Source: Candidatus Spechtbacterales bacterium (GTDB lineage: Bacteria; Patescibacteriota; Minisyncoccia; Spechtbacterales; 2-12-FULL-38-22). Taken from it: a DNA stretch of 64,000 nt. Below, piece after piece: positions 18,601 to 28,080 of the stretch. The stretch covers positions 8,501-72,500 of the forward strand of contig JBBDXP010000012.1 of assembly GCA_040902285.1 (NCBI GenBank), given 5' to 3'. Positions within the stretch are counted from its first letter, which is position 1. The number at the start of each line of letters is the position of its first letter. The translations under genes and the position numbers were made by a program. Under the pieces are notes generated by a model that worked only from the letters and a program-made list of their open reading frames with translations, ran no database searches and was not told where the DNA came from.

Positions 18601-19022
18601 GCAAAAAGGAGCAGGAGATGATCCACACACTCTCAAAGGAAAAAGGGGGGTTCAGAAATTCTGGACGCCTTGGAGAGAACCGCCTACTCGCTCGACTTAA
18701 AGTTCGAGAGGCCTGTCGAAAATGGTCTTGCGAGCACGAACAGTGTTCTTGCTGTTCCCAGCTACGGGCCAACTCTTGTCAAAAGAAGAGAGTTATCCGA
18801 CAGACCGTATACGCAAGAAGTGCCGAATCTGCGTTTTTACTTTGGAGACGCAAGATATCGTAATTTTTTCTCTGATAAAAAATACGCGCGAATAGGAATC
18901 ATCATATTCGTTCCTCTTTATGGTTCTTTGTCTTTAGGCATAACCCGGAAAACGGAGTCCGTTTTCCGCGCGTAAGCCATGAATACCAGCGCGTGCTTCA
19001 TCAGCTGGAAAAACATCTTGGT

Positions 19023-19050
19023 TATTAAACAAAGCCCTGCACAAGCGGGG
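19023..19050 (+). terminator. Rho-independent terminator (aagccctgcacaagcggggcttttatcat) with no annotated CDS upstream for about 420 bp
   Basis: Stem AAGCCC…GGGCTT plus T-run. An adjacent opposite-facing hairpin (aaaaaaaaagccccttcttatttggggc, 19058-19085) terminates minus-strand transcription. Confidence 0.5.
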
Positions 19051-19451
19051 CTTTTATCATAAAAAAAAAGCCCCTTCTTATTTGGGGCAAACAAATAAGC
19101 ACGGGGCTTATCAAGGTACTAGTACTAGTTGAGAGCGCTCTCAATGAAACGGATAAAAAGTGCCTGTCTTTGCAGGCCGTAAAATTGTTTTTGTAAAGAA
19201 CAAAAGTAAAAAAGAACTATTTTGGTTCGCCCCGGAGAAGCCGGTGGCGAGTCCTGTCTGTCTCGGTTCCCACCCAAGACCTGTGTTTGTGAACAAGGGA
19301 CGAGAACGATTAGCCCTTATTCTTAGTACATACTATCACAACGGCCAAAGTCGTCAATATTATTTTGTGGATAAAATATCCGTCCGGGAAACCGAGGTTT
19401 CTTTTTGGTGCCGCAGAAGGGTATAATAGATGAGTATAAAGAACCAATTGT

Positions 19452-20162
19452 ATGTGGTGGTCATTTTTTCCAATACCGTTTCCGTATTTCGACGAATACC
19501 ATACTCACAAAAAACCATACATAACCGTAATACTTTTATGGGTTAATTTTATAATATTTGGCGCAACTCTTGTGTTAAGTGCGGCATTGAATGATTTTAG
19601 TTTTACGGATATGTTTCGTAATCTGGCGGTAGTTCCTGCCGATATCGTGTCAGGAGAAAATCTTTACACTTTAATTACTTACTTGTTTGTGCATACAGGT
19701 GTTTTGCATTTTTTAGGCAATATGTGGTTTTTATATATTTTTGGAGACAATGTCGAACATAACATGGGAAGGGTAAACTTTTTTTTATTTTTTATTATAT
19801 CCGGAGTGCTCTCCGCCTTGGCGCATGTTTACCTGGTGGCCGGACAATCTCTTACTCCGCTGGTGGGAGCGTCGGGAGCTATTTCGGGCATATTGGGGGC
19901 TTATATAGTACTGCTTCCCGAAAACAAAATACATGTTGTTTTTGGTCCCAAGGCAAAATTTCAATTTCCGGCATTTTGGTATATTTGGATATGGTTTGTG
20001 TTACAGGCGGCTTATTTGTTTTTGTACACAACCGAATCCACGGCCTTTATGTCTCATATCGCCGGTTTTGCTTCGGGAGTTATTCTTGCGTATATATTTG
20101 GGAAAAAAATAAAATACAAAAATTACAGGTTTGAAACTCCCGATTATTTGGATACAATATAA
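19452..20162 (+). CDS. Rhomboid family intramembrane serine protease
   Basis: GASGAISGILGAY (GxSG catalytic Ser) and MSHIAGFASG (catalytic His) within 6 TM helices. Confidence 0.8.
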   Translation: MWWSFFPIPFPYFDEYHTHKKPYITVILLWVNFIIFGATLVLSAALNDFSFTDMFRNLAVVPADIVSGENLYTLITYLFVHTGVLHFLGNMWFLYIFGDNVEHNMGRVNFFLFFIISGVLSALAHVYLVAGQSLTPLVGASGAISGILGAYIVLLPENKIHVVFGPKAKFQFPAFWYIWIWFVLQAAYLFLYTTESTAFMSHIAGFASGVILAYIFGKKIKYKNYRFETPDYLDTI

Positions 20163-20617
20163 TGAAAGATCAATCTTTCGGCATAATTCCGTTTACAAAA
20201 GAAGGCGGCACTTATAAGTTCCTAATCGTTCAGCATTTGTCGGCCAACGGTGGAGGCGCGCATTGGTCTTTTCCAAAAGGACACAAAGAAAAAGGAGAAA
20301 CCGATTTGGGAGCGGCCTTAAGAGAGTTTAAGGAGGAAACAGGGATACAAAATGTTGAAATTGTAGACGAGAAAGGGATTGCGGAAAAATATTTTTTTAA
20401 CAGGGAAGGGGAGGATATAAACAAAACAGTAAAATACTTTTTGGGATTTATAAATCACTCTCAAATCATAAAGATCCAAAAAGAAGAATTGTATAATTAT
20501 AAATGGGCAACCTTTGATGAAGTAATGGAATCCATAACATTCGATGAAGCAAAGGATGTTCTAAAAAGAGCGTACAGCCATATAGCAAAAACATATGATA
20601 CAAGACATAATAAATAA
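20162..20617 (+). CDS. NUDIX hydrolase
   Basis: Nudix box GHKEKGETDLGAALREFKEETGI (Gx5Ex7REUxEExGU). Confidence 0.85.
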   Translation: MKDQSFGIIPFTKEGGTYKFLIVQHLSANGGGAHWSFPKGHKEKGETDLGAALREFKEETGIQNVEIVDEKGIAEKYFFNREGEDINKTVKYFLGFINHSQIIKIQKEELYNYKWATFDEVMESITFDEAKDVLKRAYSHIAKTYDTRHNK

Positions 20618-20831
20618 TTTTTTAACGAAAGATATTGTTAATAATTCAGCATATGTTTTTGCCGCGATCGTGGCGGTTTTTTTCATTGTTGCAAGCTGGG
20701 CGTTTATTCATCACTGGGGAAGTTATGGGATAAGCAAGCGCGAAACAAAACTTCTTTACATTTTTTATTTTTCTGTTTCAATATTCCTGTTCGCGGTCAT
20801 GGGCGTTTCTTTATTATTGTTTATAAAATAA
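20595..20831 (+). CDS. Hypothetical small membrane protein
   Basis: 78 aa, two hydrophobic helices. Confidence 0.3.
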   Translation: MIQDIINNFLTKDIVNNSAYVFAAIVAVFFIVASWAFIHHWGSYGISKRETKLLYIFYFSVSIFLFAVMGVSLLLFIK

Positions 20832-20837
20832 TTTTTT

Positions 20838-21347
20838 ATGATTGAACTTTTAGAAGGTGAAAAAATAATTCTGCAAAAAAGACGGCACTGGTACATAATT
20901 GCCAGCGAGAGTTCTGTTTTATTTTTTGCCGCAGTGGTTCCCGCACTTGTTTTTATATGGATTGTTTCGGCGTTATCATATGAAGTTATTGCGCCCGTAA
21001 TGCCTCTGATTGTTTTTGCATTTGCCGGATGGTTCCTTATTTTGTGGATAATATTCTTTATATTTTGGACCAATTATTATCTGGATGTTCTAATTGTTAC
21101 CAATAAGCGTGTTATAGATATTGAACAAAGAGGGCTGTTCGCGCGTGATATTGCTGAAACTTCGATAAAAAACATCCAGGACATAAAGATAGAAGTTATA
21201 GGAATACTTGCGACGCTTTGGGATTTTGGAGATATTCATATTCAAACGGCCGGGGAGTCGAGAGAGATGGCCATTCGCAGTATAGCTAATCCGCACGAAG
21301 TAAGAAAAAAGATATCTGAACAGCACCACGAAACACCCCGTATTTGA
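20838..21347 (+). CDS. Membrane protein with bacterial PH-like (DUF304-type) domain
   Basis: Two TM helices followed by a YdbT-like PH region (NKRVIDIEQRGLFARDIAETSIKNIQDIKIEV…). Confidence 0.45.
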   Translation: MIELLEGEKIILQKRRHWYIIASESSVLFFAAVVPALVFIWIVSALSYEVIAPVMPLIVFAFAGWFLILWIIFFIFWTNYYLDVLIVTNKRVIDIEQRGLFARDIAETSIKNIQDIKIEVIGILATLWDFGDIHIQTAGESREMAIRSIANPHEVRKKISEQHHETPRI

Positions 21348-21382
21348 TATATATAGATGATTTAACCGTGTTATTTTAAAAA

Positions 21383-21406
21383 ACCGCCTCATCGGGGCGG
21401 TTTTTT
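21383..21406 (+). terminator. Rho-independent terminator (aaaaccgcctcatcggggcggtttttt)
   Basis: Perfect stem plus T6. Confidence 0.7.
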
Positions 21407-21444
21407 GGTACAATAAAGAAAGAAAACTCTTACCCCAATTATAC

Positions 21445-22635
21445 ATGCCCGAACTTTTTCCATTTTTTTTAATTCTTTTTGTTGCCCTGTTTTTTTCCGA
21501 GGTTTTTTCGCGCGTGCATATGCCGTGGGTGGTGGCTCTTATAATAAGCGGGATGATAATAGGACCTTTTGGTCTGGATATTTTTACGCCTGACGAAACA
21601 ATAAATCTGTTGGGGGAAATAGGCATTGTATTTTTAATGTTTATGGCAGGTCTGGAGGTGCGGCTCTCCAGCTTGGCAAAAATGAAAAAAGAGGTTGCCC
21701 GCATGTCGCTTTTAAACGGAATGATACCTTTTGCGCTGGGGTTTGGATTGGGAATGTTTTTCGGATATGGTTTAATGGAATCTTTGTTGCTCGGAACAAT
21801 ATTTGTATCTTCATCTGTAGCCGTTATAATACCGTCACTCGAAGCCAATAAATTACTAGATACACGACTTGGAAAAACCATTGTTTCTTCTGTTGTAATA
21901 CAAGATATTGTAAGTTTGCTTTTTCTTTCTATAATTCTGCAATCTGTAAAACCTCTTACAGATTTGCCTTTGCCTGTATTTTATATTCTTTTGTTCGCCG
22001 TGCTTGTTGCTTTAAGGTGGCTTTTGCCAAAAATAAGATTATTTTTCTTCATGCTCTCAAGAGAAAAATCAAGCTTGTTTGAATGGGAGCTCCAGGCGAT
22101 TTTTGTGATCCTTTTGGGAACGGTTGTGTTCTTTCAATTTATAGGCCTGCATGCCATTATCGCGGGATTTTTTGCCGGACTCGTTTTGGCCGAATCCATA
22201 AAAAGCGATATTCTTATGGGTAAAATAAGGGCCATAAGCTACGGATTTTTTATACCAATATTTTTTGTATTAGTTGGAATTAATACCAACCTGGGAGTAT
22301 TTATTGACACAGAAGGAACGATATTATTGTTGTCTTCAATAATAATATCGTTCATAGCGGTTAAATTTATTAGCGGTTGGATAGGGGGTAGAATTAACGG
22401 CTTTAACTCTACAGAAAGTATCCTTATTGGCGGTTCTACAATTCCCCAATTAACCACAACCTTGGCAGTTGCCATTACGGCTTCCGAATTTAATCTTTTT
22501 TCGCAGGAACTCGTTACGGTTATTATTGTTTTAAGCATTATTACAACATTAGTCGGTCCGATTATTATGCGCCTGACCAAAGTTAAATTAGATGCCAACA
22601 CTCTTGGCCCCGATGTTAAATATGAAGAAGCATAA
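21445..22635 (+). CDS. Cation:proton antiporter (Na+/H+ exchanger family)
   Basis: 396 aa with about 11-12 TM helices. CPA-type motifs (…LGEIGIVFLMFMAGLEV…). Confidence 0.7.
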   Translation: MPELFPFFLILFVALFFSEVFSRVHMPWVVALIISGMIIGPFGLDIFTPDETINLLGEIGIVFLMFMAGLEVRLSSLAKMKKEVARMSLLNGMIPFALGFGLGMFFGYGLMESLLLGTIFVSSSVAVIIPSLEANKLLDTRLGKTIVSSVVIQDIVSLLFLSIILQSVKPLTDLPLPVFYILLFAVLVALRWLLPKIRLFFFMLSREKSSLFEWELQAIFVILLGTVVFFQFIGLHAIIAGFFAGLVLAESIKSDILMGKIRAISYGFFIPIFFVLVGINTNLGVFIDTEGTILLLSSIIISFIAVKFISGWIGGRINGFNSTESILIGGSTIPQLTTTLAVAITASEFNLFSQELVTVIIVLSIITTLVGPIIMRLTKVKLDANTLGPDVKYEEA

Positions 22636-23467
22636 GATATTATTCGCATTGGCGGTAGTTGTTTTTGCGTCTTCAATCTTACTGTTGGGGCCTTTTCAGG
22701 GGTGGTGGCCGGGTGTAAATGAAAGCGTTAGAAATTTTTTTGCTGAAGAAATACAAAGACAGATTTTTGCTCCCGATCCTTTGCGGGGGCCCGAGGAGGG
22801 GCAGGGTTCATTAACGCGCTCCGGCGTAATAGAGTGGACAAACACGCAAAGAACGCAGTTTGGGCTTCCCGCCTTGCGGGAGAACTCTAAATTAAATGAA
22901 GCGGCTGCTTTGAAGGTTGCCGATATGTTTGAAAATCAATATTTTGCCCATATTTCGCCTTCGGGAAAAGGGGTTGGAGAGTTGGCGGAAGAAGTGCGGT
23001 ATTCCTTTATTTTAATAGGTGAAAATCTGGCGCTTGGAAATTTTGCAAGCGACGCTTTGCTTGTAGATGCGTGGATGGCGAGCCCGGGCCACAGAGAAAA
23101 TATCTTAAAGCGGGAATTTACCGAAATAGGGGTGGCTGTAAAAAGGGGAGAATTTGAAGGGCGCCAAATCTGGCTTGCGGTTCAGCATTTTGCCAAACCC
23201 TTATCCGATTGCCCACAGCCCGATGAATCTTTGAAGTCACAAATAAGCGCCAATAACGCTCAGCTTGAGGCCTGGAAAATAGAATTGGAAGAAAAAAAGC
23301 AAGATTTAGAAAATACACACCCTAAAGCCGGCCCCATATATAAATCCAAAGTTGATGAATACAATGAGCTGGTTGAAAAATATAATAATTTATCCAGGGA
23401 AAACGCGGCACGTATAACCGAATACAACAACCAGGTTAATACATTTAACGCGTGCGCTAAAAATTAA
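22592..23467 (+). CDS. CAP/SCP/PR-1-like domain protein, secreted, with C-terminal coiled-coil
   Basis: NQYFAHISPSG, GENLALGNF, WMASPGHRENIL and EIGVAV (CAP motifs). N-terminal signal/TM. Probable start at ATG 22622. Confidence 0.65.
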   Translation: MPTLLAPMLNMKKHKILFALAVVVFASSILLLGPFQGWWPGVNESVRNFFAEEIQRQIFAPDPLRGPEEGQGSLTRSGVIEWTNTQRTQFGLPALRENSKLNEAAALKVADMFENQYFAHISPSGKGVGELAEEVRYSFILIGENLALGNFASDALLVDAWMASPGHRENILKREFTEIGVAVKRGEFEGRQIWLAVQHFAKPLSDCPQPDESLKSQISANNAQLEAWKIELEEKKQDLENTHPKAGPIYKSKVDEYNELVEKYNNLSRENAARITEYNNQVNTFNACAKN

Positions 23468-23552
23468 GAAGCATGGCAAAAGAAGCAGAGGGTTGTAATT
23501 ATCGAACTTGACGGTCCGCGGGACAGGACTGTTGTGGTACAATTTAAGTAAT

Positions 23553-24431
23553 ATGGAAAATACACAAAAAAGAGTTTTGGTATTGGGGGGAACAGGTTTT
23601 CTTGGCTATTATGTTTTGCATGCCTTGAGTCAGAAAAATGTTTCCATGGGAGTAATGATAAGGCGCAAGCTGGACGATATAGAAATTCCTATGGAAGGAT
23701 ACGAAACTCTGATCGGAAATATATTAGACACAAAAAGCGTTAAAGAGGCGGTTTTAAAATTCAAACCGGATGTAATAGTAAACCTTGTCGGCATTGCAAG
23801 CGAAAAAAGACACGGCATAACTTTCAGAAAAGTTTATGTGGAAGGAACTAAAAATTTTGTGGATGCCGCCAAAGAAGCGGGCGTAAAAAAAATAATATCG
23901 GTAAGCACTATGGGCGCCGACAAAAACGGCCCGACAGAATACTTTAAAACAAAAGCGGAATCCGACGACATTATTATGAATTCGGGTATCGCTTGGACAA
24001 TATTCCGTCCCACTATAATGTTTGGGTGGAGAAGCGCTTTTAATTCCATGATTGCTAAACCGGCCCGCCGCCTGCTGTTTATTCCTATGATTGACGGGGG
24101 CTACCATAAAGTACAGCCCGTTTCGGCGAGTGTTTTGGCCGATGCCATTGCCGACGCGTGTTTTGGCGCGGGAGACAATTCGGTTTATGAAGTCGCCGGG
24201 CCGGAAGTAATAACCGTAAAAGAAGCCACTGAGCGGGTCCGCGAAGCGATGAAATCATCCAAGCCCACAATGGGCGTTCCGTTATGGCTATTGCGCGCTT
24301 TAAAAATAGCCAATGAAACCCAGATAAGCATGGTTACGGGAAACCACACAAATGATTCCAAGGATTTTAAAAGGGATTTTAAAACAAAAGAAGTATATTT
24401 TGATCCCATGGGGGAAATGCCCATTTTTTAA
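23553..24431 (+). CDS. NAD(P)-binding epimerase/dehydratase (SDR) family protein
   Basis: VLVLGGTGFLGYYV Rossmann motif. Start at ATG 23553, preceded by an extended -10 TGgTACAAT. Confidence 0.7.
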   Translation: MENTQKRVLVLGGTGFLGYYVLHALSQKNVSMGVMIRRKLDDIEIPMEGYETLIGNILDTKSVKEAVLKFKPDVIVNLVGIASEKRHGITFRKVYVEGTKNFVDAAKEAGVKKIISVSTMGADKNGPTEYFKTKAESDDIIMNSGIAWTIFRPTIMFGWRSAFNSMIAKPARRLLFIPMIDGGYHKVQPVSASVLADAIADACFGAGDNSVYEVAGPEVITVKEATERVREAMKSSKPTMGVPLWLLRALKIANETQISMVTGNHTNDSKDFKRDFKTKEVYFDPMGEMPIF

Positions 24432-24433
24432 CC

Positions 24434-25009
24434 ATGAAAAGGACAGACCTCACATTATTGATTATTGTAACCGGACTGGGCGTTTACGGCATCTATTTGC
24501 TTACTAAGAATATAGATACCACACTTGCCATCGGCGTTGATATGTTCGTTGCGCTTGGAGTTTTAGTTTTTGCCTATGTACAAATAGGCGTAAACAGAAA
24601 GCTTATTGATTTACAGGATTATGTGGCAATATCCATTGTGCCGGATCCCAATACACCTCTTTCCGTGCGCCTATATAATACCGGCAAACTTAATATCTAC
24701 ATACACAGAATAGAGATCCGGGATTTTGAGACGGATATTCTTATAGGTTCAACGGATGTGTTTAAAGAACCGCGCCTTGTTCCCGCTGGAACTTTGGAAC
24801 AGAGCTACTATTGGTATCCTTTGCCTAAAGAAATTTCCGAACATAAAAAATTTCGGCTGGTTGTTTTGGCGGGAGACGATTTCAACCGCAAGTGGCTTGC
24901 CAGCCACGGAGGAGAGATACTGGACAAGCAGGAACTTAGGGTTTGGTCTCATAAAACCCACAGGAAAAATTGGAAAATATATAAAGACGGAGAAAAGGTG
25001 CCCAAATAA
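24434..25009 (+). CDS. Hypothetical membrane-anchored protein
   Basis: 191 aa, two N-terminal TM helices. No motif recognised. Confidence 0.35.
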   Translation: MKRTDLTLLIIVTGLGVYGIYLLTKNIDTTLAIGVDMFVALGVLVFAYVQIGVNRKLIDLQDYVAISIVPDPNTPLSVRLYNTGKLNIYIHRIEIRDFETDILIGSTDVFKEPRLVPAGTLEQSYYWYPLPKEISEHKKFRLVVLAGDDFNRKWLASHGGEILDKQELRVWSHKTHRKNWKIYKDGEKVPK

Positions 25010-25014
25010 ATATT

Positions 25015-26208
25015 ATGAAAAAGGCCGTTTTAGCACTATTTTTAATTGTATTTTTGTCCGGCATTATTTGGGCCGGATCTTTTTTTTGGGAAAATTTTAG
25101 GGGAGCCGGGCCTGCGCTTAAACCTCCGCCCGAAGATATAACGGAACTTATTGAGGGTTCCGGAGAAAATAAAACGGATTTCCCGTTATCTTTGCCCGGA
25201 GGTTTTGAAATGTCTGTTTTTGCCGAAGGTTTACCAGGAGTGCGCGTAATTGTGCAGGACGGATTGGGTAATTTTTGGATAAGCCAGCCGTCGCGGGGAG
25301 TTGTTTCTCTTTTAGAGGTTGATGTTAACGGAGAAGTTGCAAGAATAACCCAGCCGTTTAGAGGTTTAAAAAGACCCCACGGACTTGCTATAGATCCTCA
25401 AAACGGAACCATGCTTTATATAGCGGAGGAAGATAAAGTATCGCGAGTGCCTTTGTATACAGACGCGTCTCCGGAAACAGTGGTTAGTTTGCCGACAGGC
25501 GGAGGACATTTTACCAGGACTATTGGATTTGGCCCTGACGACCGGCTGTACATATCGGCCGGTTCCTCATGCAATGTTTGTGTAGAATCGGACGAGAGGC
25601 GGGCGGCCATATATTCAATGGAGAGAGACGGTTCGGATTTTAAAAAGCACGCAGAGGGCCTTCGTAACGCGGTATTTTTCACATGGAGTTATATAGACGG
25701 TAAAATGTGGGCCACAGAAATGGGGCGCGACAATCTTGGAGACGATCTTCCACCCGATGAGATAAATATAATACAGGAGGGCGCTCATTACGGTTGGCCG
25801 TATTGCTACGGCAGGCAAATAAGGGATACAAGTTTTATGTCTGCGAGCGGATTTGATTGTGCCGATACCGAGCCCTCTTACATAGATTTACAGGCGCACT
25901 CAGCTCCTTTGGGTCTTGCTTTTGTTCCGGAAGAGGGCTGGCCCGAGGCAATGTGGTATGACCTTTTGGTCGCGTATCATGGATCATGGAACAGAAGTGA
26001 GCCGACCGGATACAAGATAGCACGCTTTAAGCTGGACGAAAACGGAAATGTGGAAGGCACGGAGGATTTTATCAGTGGGTGGTTGTCTAGTGAGGGCGCT
26101 CTTGGAAGGCCGGTGGGTATTTTAATCCGTCCGGGAGGTATAATGTACATAACGGACGACCACGCGGGACTTGTTTATAAGGTAATATATAATCCTAATG
26201 GGGAGTAA
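25015..26208 (+). CDS. PQQ-dependent sugar dehydrogenase-like (soluble glucose/sorbosone dehydrogenase beta-propeller family)
   Basis: Signal peptide. Motifs PHGLAIDP, GFGPDDRLYIS, HYGWPYCYG and YHGSWNRSEP typical of the SGDH family. Confidence 0.65.
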   Translation: MKKAVLALFLIVFLSGIIWAGSFFWENFRGAGPALKPPPEDITELIEGSGENKTDFPLSLPGGFEMSVFAEGLPGVRVIVQDGLGNFWISQPSRGVVSLLEVDVNGEVARITQPFRGLKRPHGLAIDPQNGTMLYIAEEDKVSRVPLYTDASPETVVSLPTGGGHFTRTIGFGPDDRLYISAGSSCNVCVESDERRAAIYSMERDGSDFKKHAEGLRNAVFFTWSYIDGKMWATEMGRDNLGDDLPPDEINIIQEGAHYGWPYCYGRQIRDTSFMSASGFDCADTEPSYIDLQAHSAPLGLAFVPEEGWPEAMWYDLLVAYHGSWNRSEPTGYKIARFKLDENGNVEGTEDFISGWLSSEGALGRPVGILIRPGGIMYITDDHAGLVYKVIYNPNGE

Positions 26209-26214
26209 TTAAAT

Positions 26215-26772
26215 ATGAACGGCAAAATGTCTAAGATATCATTTTTTACAAGTTTACTTCTTTTGGTTTTTGCGGGGGTGGCGCTTCTTTTTTTAACTTT
26301 TGGCGATAAAAGAGCGGAAGATTTGTCTAAAATAAGAAGTTTTGAAGAATGCGCGCGAAGCGGGGACTCTGTTATAATGGAATCTTACCCAAGACAGTGC
26401 CGATTATCCGACGGCAGGACTTTTGTAGACTATATAGGAAATGAATTGGAGAAAATGGATTTGATAAGGATAGATAATCCGCGTCCGAACCAAGTTATAA
26501 GTAGTCCGCTAATTGTTTCGGGAGAAGCGCGGGGATACTGGTTTTTTGAGGCCAGTTTTCCCGTCCGCCTCTATGATGCCAATGGAAACGAAATTGCATT
26601 GGCAATAGCGCAGGCGCAGGGGGATTGGATGACGGAGGATTTTGTTCCCTATGAAGCCGTTTTGGAATTTACTACTCCTTCTACTTCGACAGGCGTGTTG
26701 ATTCTGGAAAAGGACAATCCATCAGGGCTTAGTGAAAATGAAGACGACTTGTTTGTGCCGGTTAAATTTTAA
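26215..26772 (+). CDS. Secreted protein with Gmad2-like immunoglobulin-like domain
   Basis: N-terminal TM/signal. SSPLIVSGEARGYWFFEASFPVRLYDANGNEIA pattern. Confidence 0.4.
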   Translation: MNGKMSKISFFTSLLLLVFAGVALLFLTFGDKRAEDLSKIRSFEECARSGDSVIMESYPRQCRLSDGRTFVDYIGNELEKMDLIRIDNPRPNQVISSPLIVSGEARGYWFFEASFPVRLYDANGNEIALAIAQAQGDWMTEDFVPYEAVLEFTTPSTSTGVLILEKDNPSGLSENEDDLFVPVKF

Positions 26773-26778
26773 AAAATC

Positions 26779-28053
26779 ATGTTTTTAAAGAATATATCCA
26801 GCAAACTTTACAGAAATAGAATATTTTTTATGCCGGTCTTGTTTTTAGCTGTTTCCGCGGTTTCATATTTAGGTTTTTCGTTTCTTTTTTCTGTTAATGT
26901 TGAATTTCGCCAGTTTCCCGAAGTTGGGGACGAGGTGGTAATTAAACTCGGACCGCTTGTAAGCGAAAAAAGCGTTCAAAAAAACTTCGCTATTGTGCCA
27001 CCGGAGAACGGTCAATTTGTGTGGATAAAAGATGCGAGAGAACTGCATTTTATTCCGGAAGCGGGCTTTGAACCCGGCCGCCAATACACTGTAAAAATAT
27101 CGGGAGGATCTTCGTTAATGGCGGAAACATCCGTTGTTTCAACCGTATTCACATTTAGTCCTGTTAAATTTTCTTCGGGCAGCAGTTATATACCACCTGA
27201 AATAATTGCCGGCAAATATATAGATGTGAATTTAAGCACTATGCAGATAACGCTTGTCGAGGATGGAAAAGCGGTAGGCCAGTATCCCGTTGCCGGAAAG
27301 GGCAATCCGTGGTCAAAATCCACAAGAGAGGGAAGTTTTACGATATTAACCAAAGAGCCCCTGCACTGGTCTACATTGGCTAAGTTATGGATGCCCTGGA
27401 GTATGCAGTATTCAGGCGACTATTTTATACATGACTGGCCCTATTGGCCCGGCGGAACGCCTATAAATAGTACATATTCAAACGGCTGTATAAGAATGCA
27501 TAATTCCGATGCTAAAACAATATACGATTGGGCGGAAATAGGCATGCCCATAATAGTACATTCTACTCCGCAAAGATTTGCCGTATTTTCCTCCGATATA
27601 ATTAAAGATGGAGATCTTGCGCGCGAACAAAACAAGAGCGAAGTATATATAATTAAAAAACAAGACGGGCAAATGTATAAAAGACATGCCTGGGCATCTG
27701 ATTTTGGAAAATGGTACGCACACCTGGCATCTTTTTGGCAAAGAATTAAAATAGTTCCCGCAGGATCACTGAATTATTATGTTGAATCACGCTGGATAAC
27801 GGTAGATTCTTCTCAATATCCGGAATTATCCGATTTTGTATATGAGATAAACACTCAAAATCGCACAAGACACAAAATGATATGCGGAAAAACACCCTTG
27901 AGCTCTCAGGAAAGTCCCGAATTTTGCAAAGATTCTTGGGAAGCTTATGGTTGGGATAAAGAGGAGATATTTACAGTATCATCTCAGGAATTTGAAAAAT
28001 ACACGGAAGGAGAACCGGTGCCATTGAGTCCGTCTCCTAATGTGTTGCAGTAA
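26779..28053 (+). CDS. L,D-transpeptidase (YkuD domain) protein
   Basis: HDWPYWPGGTPINSTYSNGCIRMHNSDAKTIYDW (catalytic His…Cys motif SxGCIRM). Confidence 0.75.
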   Translation: MFLKNISSKLYRNRIFFMPVLFLAVSAVSYLGFSFLFSVNVEFRQFPEVGDEVVIKLGPLVSEKSVQKNFAIVPPENGQFVWIKDARELHFIPEAGFEPGRQYTVKISGGSSLMAETSVVSTVFTFSPVKFSSGSSYIPPEIIAGKYIDVNLSTMQITLVEDGKAVGQYPVAGKGNPWSKSTREGSFTILTKEPLHWSTLAKLWMPWSMQYSGDYFIHDWPYWPGGTPINSTYSNGCIRMHNSDAKTIYDWAEIGMPIIVHSTPQRFAVFSSDIIKDGDLAREQNKSEVYIIKKQDGQMYKRHAWASDFGKWYAHLASFWQRIKIVPAGSLNYYVESRWITVDSSQYPELSDFVYEINTQNRTRHKMICGKTPLSSQESPEFCKDSWEAYGWDKEEIFTVSSQEFEKYTEGEPVPLSPSPNVLQ

Positions 28054-28080
28054 AATAATAATTACTGTATAAACACTTAA

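Noticed and set aside
18597-18975. ORFs 18597..18863 (88 aa, Cys-rich) and 18670..18975 (101 aa)
   Set aside because: They have no recognisable domains and lie in a probable ncRNA region. They are kept only as a low-confidence note in the findings and not as features.
19140-19450. tmRNA or SRP RNA in the region upstream of the rhomboid gene
   Set aside because: I found no convincing match by eye to the tmRNA tRNA-like ends (GGGG…/GGTTCGA…CCA) or to the SRP GGAAGGAAGCAGC motif. I left it as a region to scan computationally.
21090-21881. 263-aa minus-strand ORF
   Set aside because: It overlaps the antiporter gene and the upstream terminator. Its composition is low-complexity. It is not supported.
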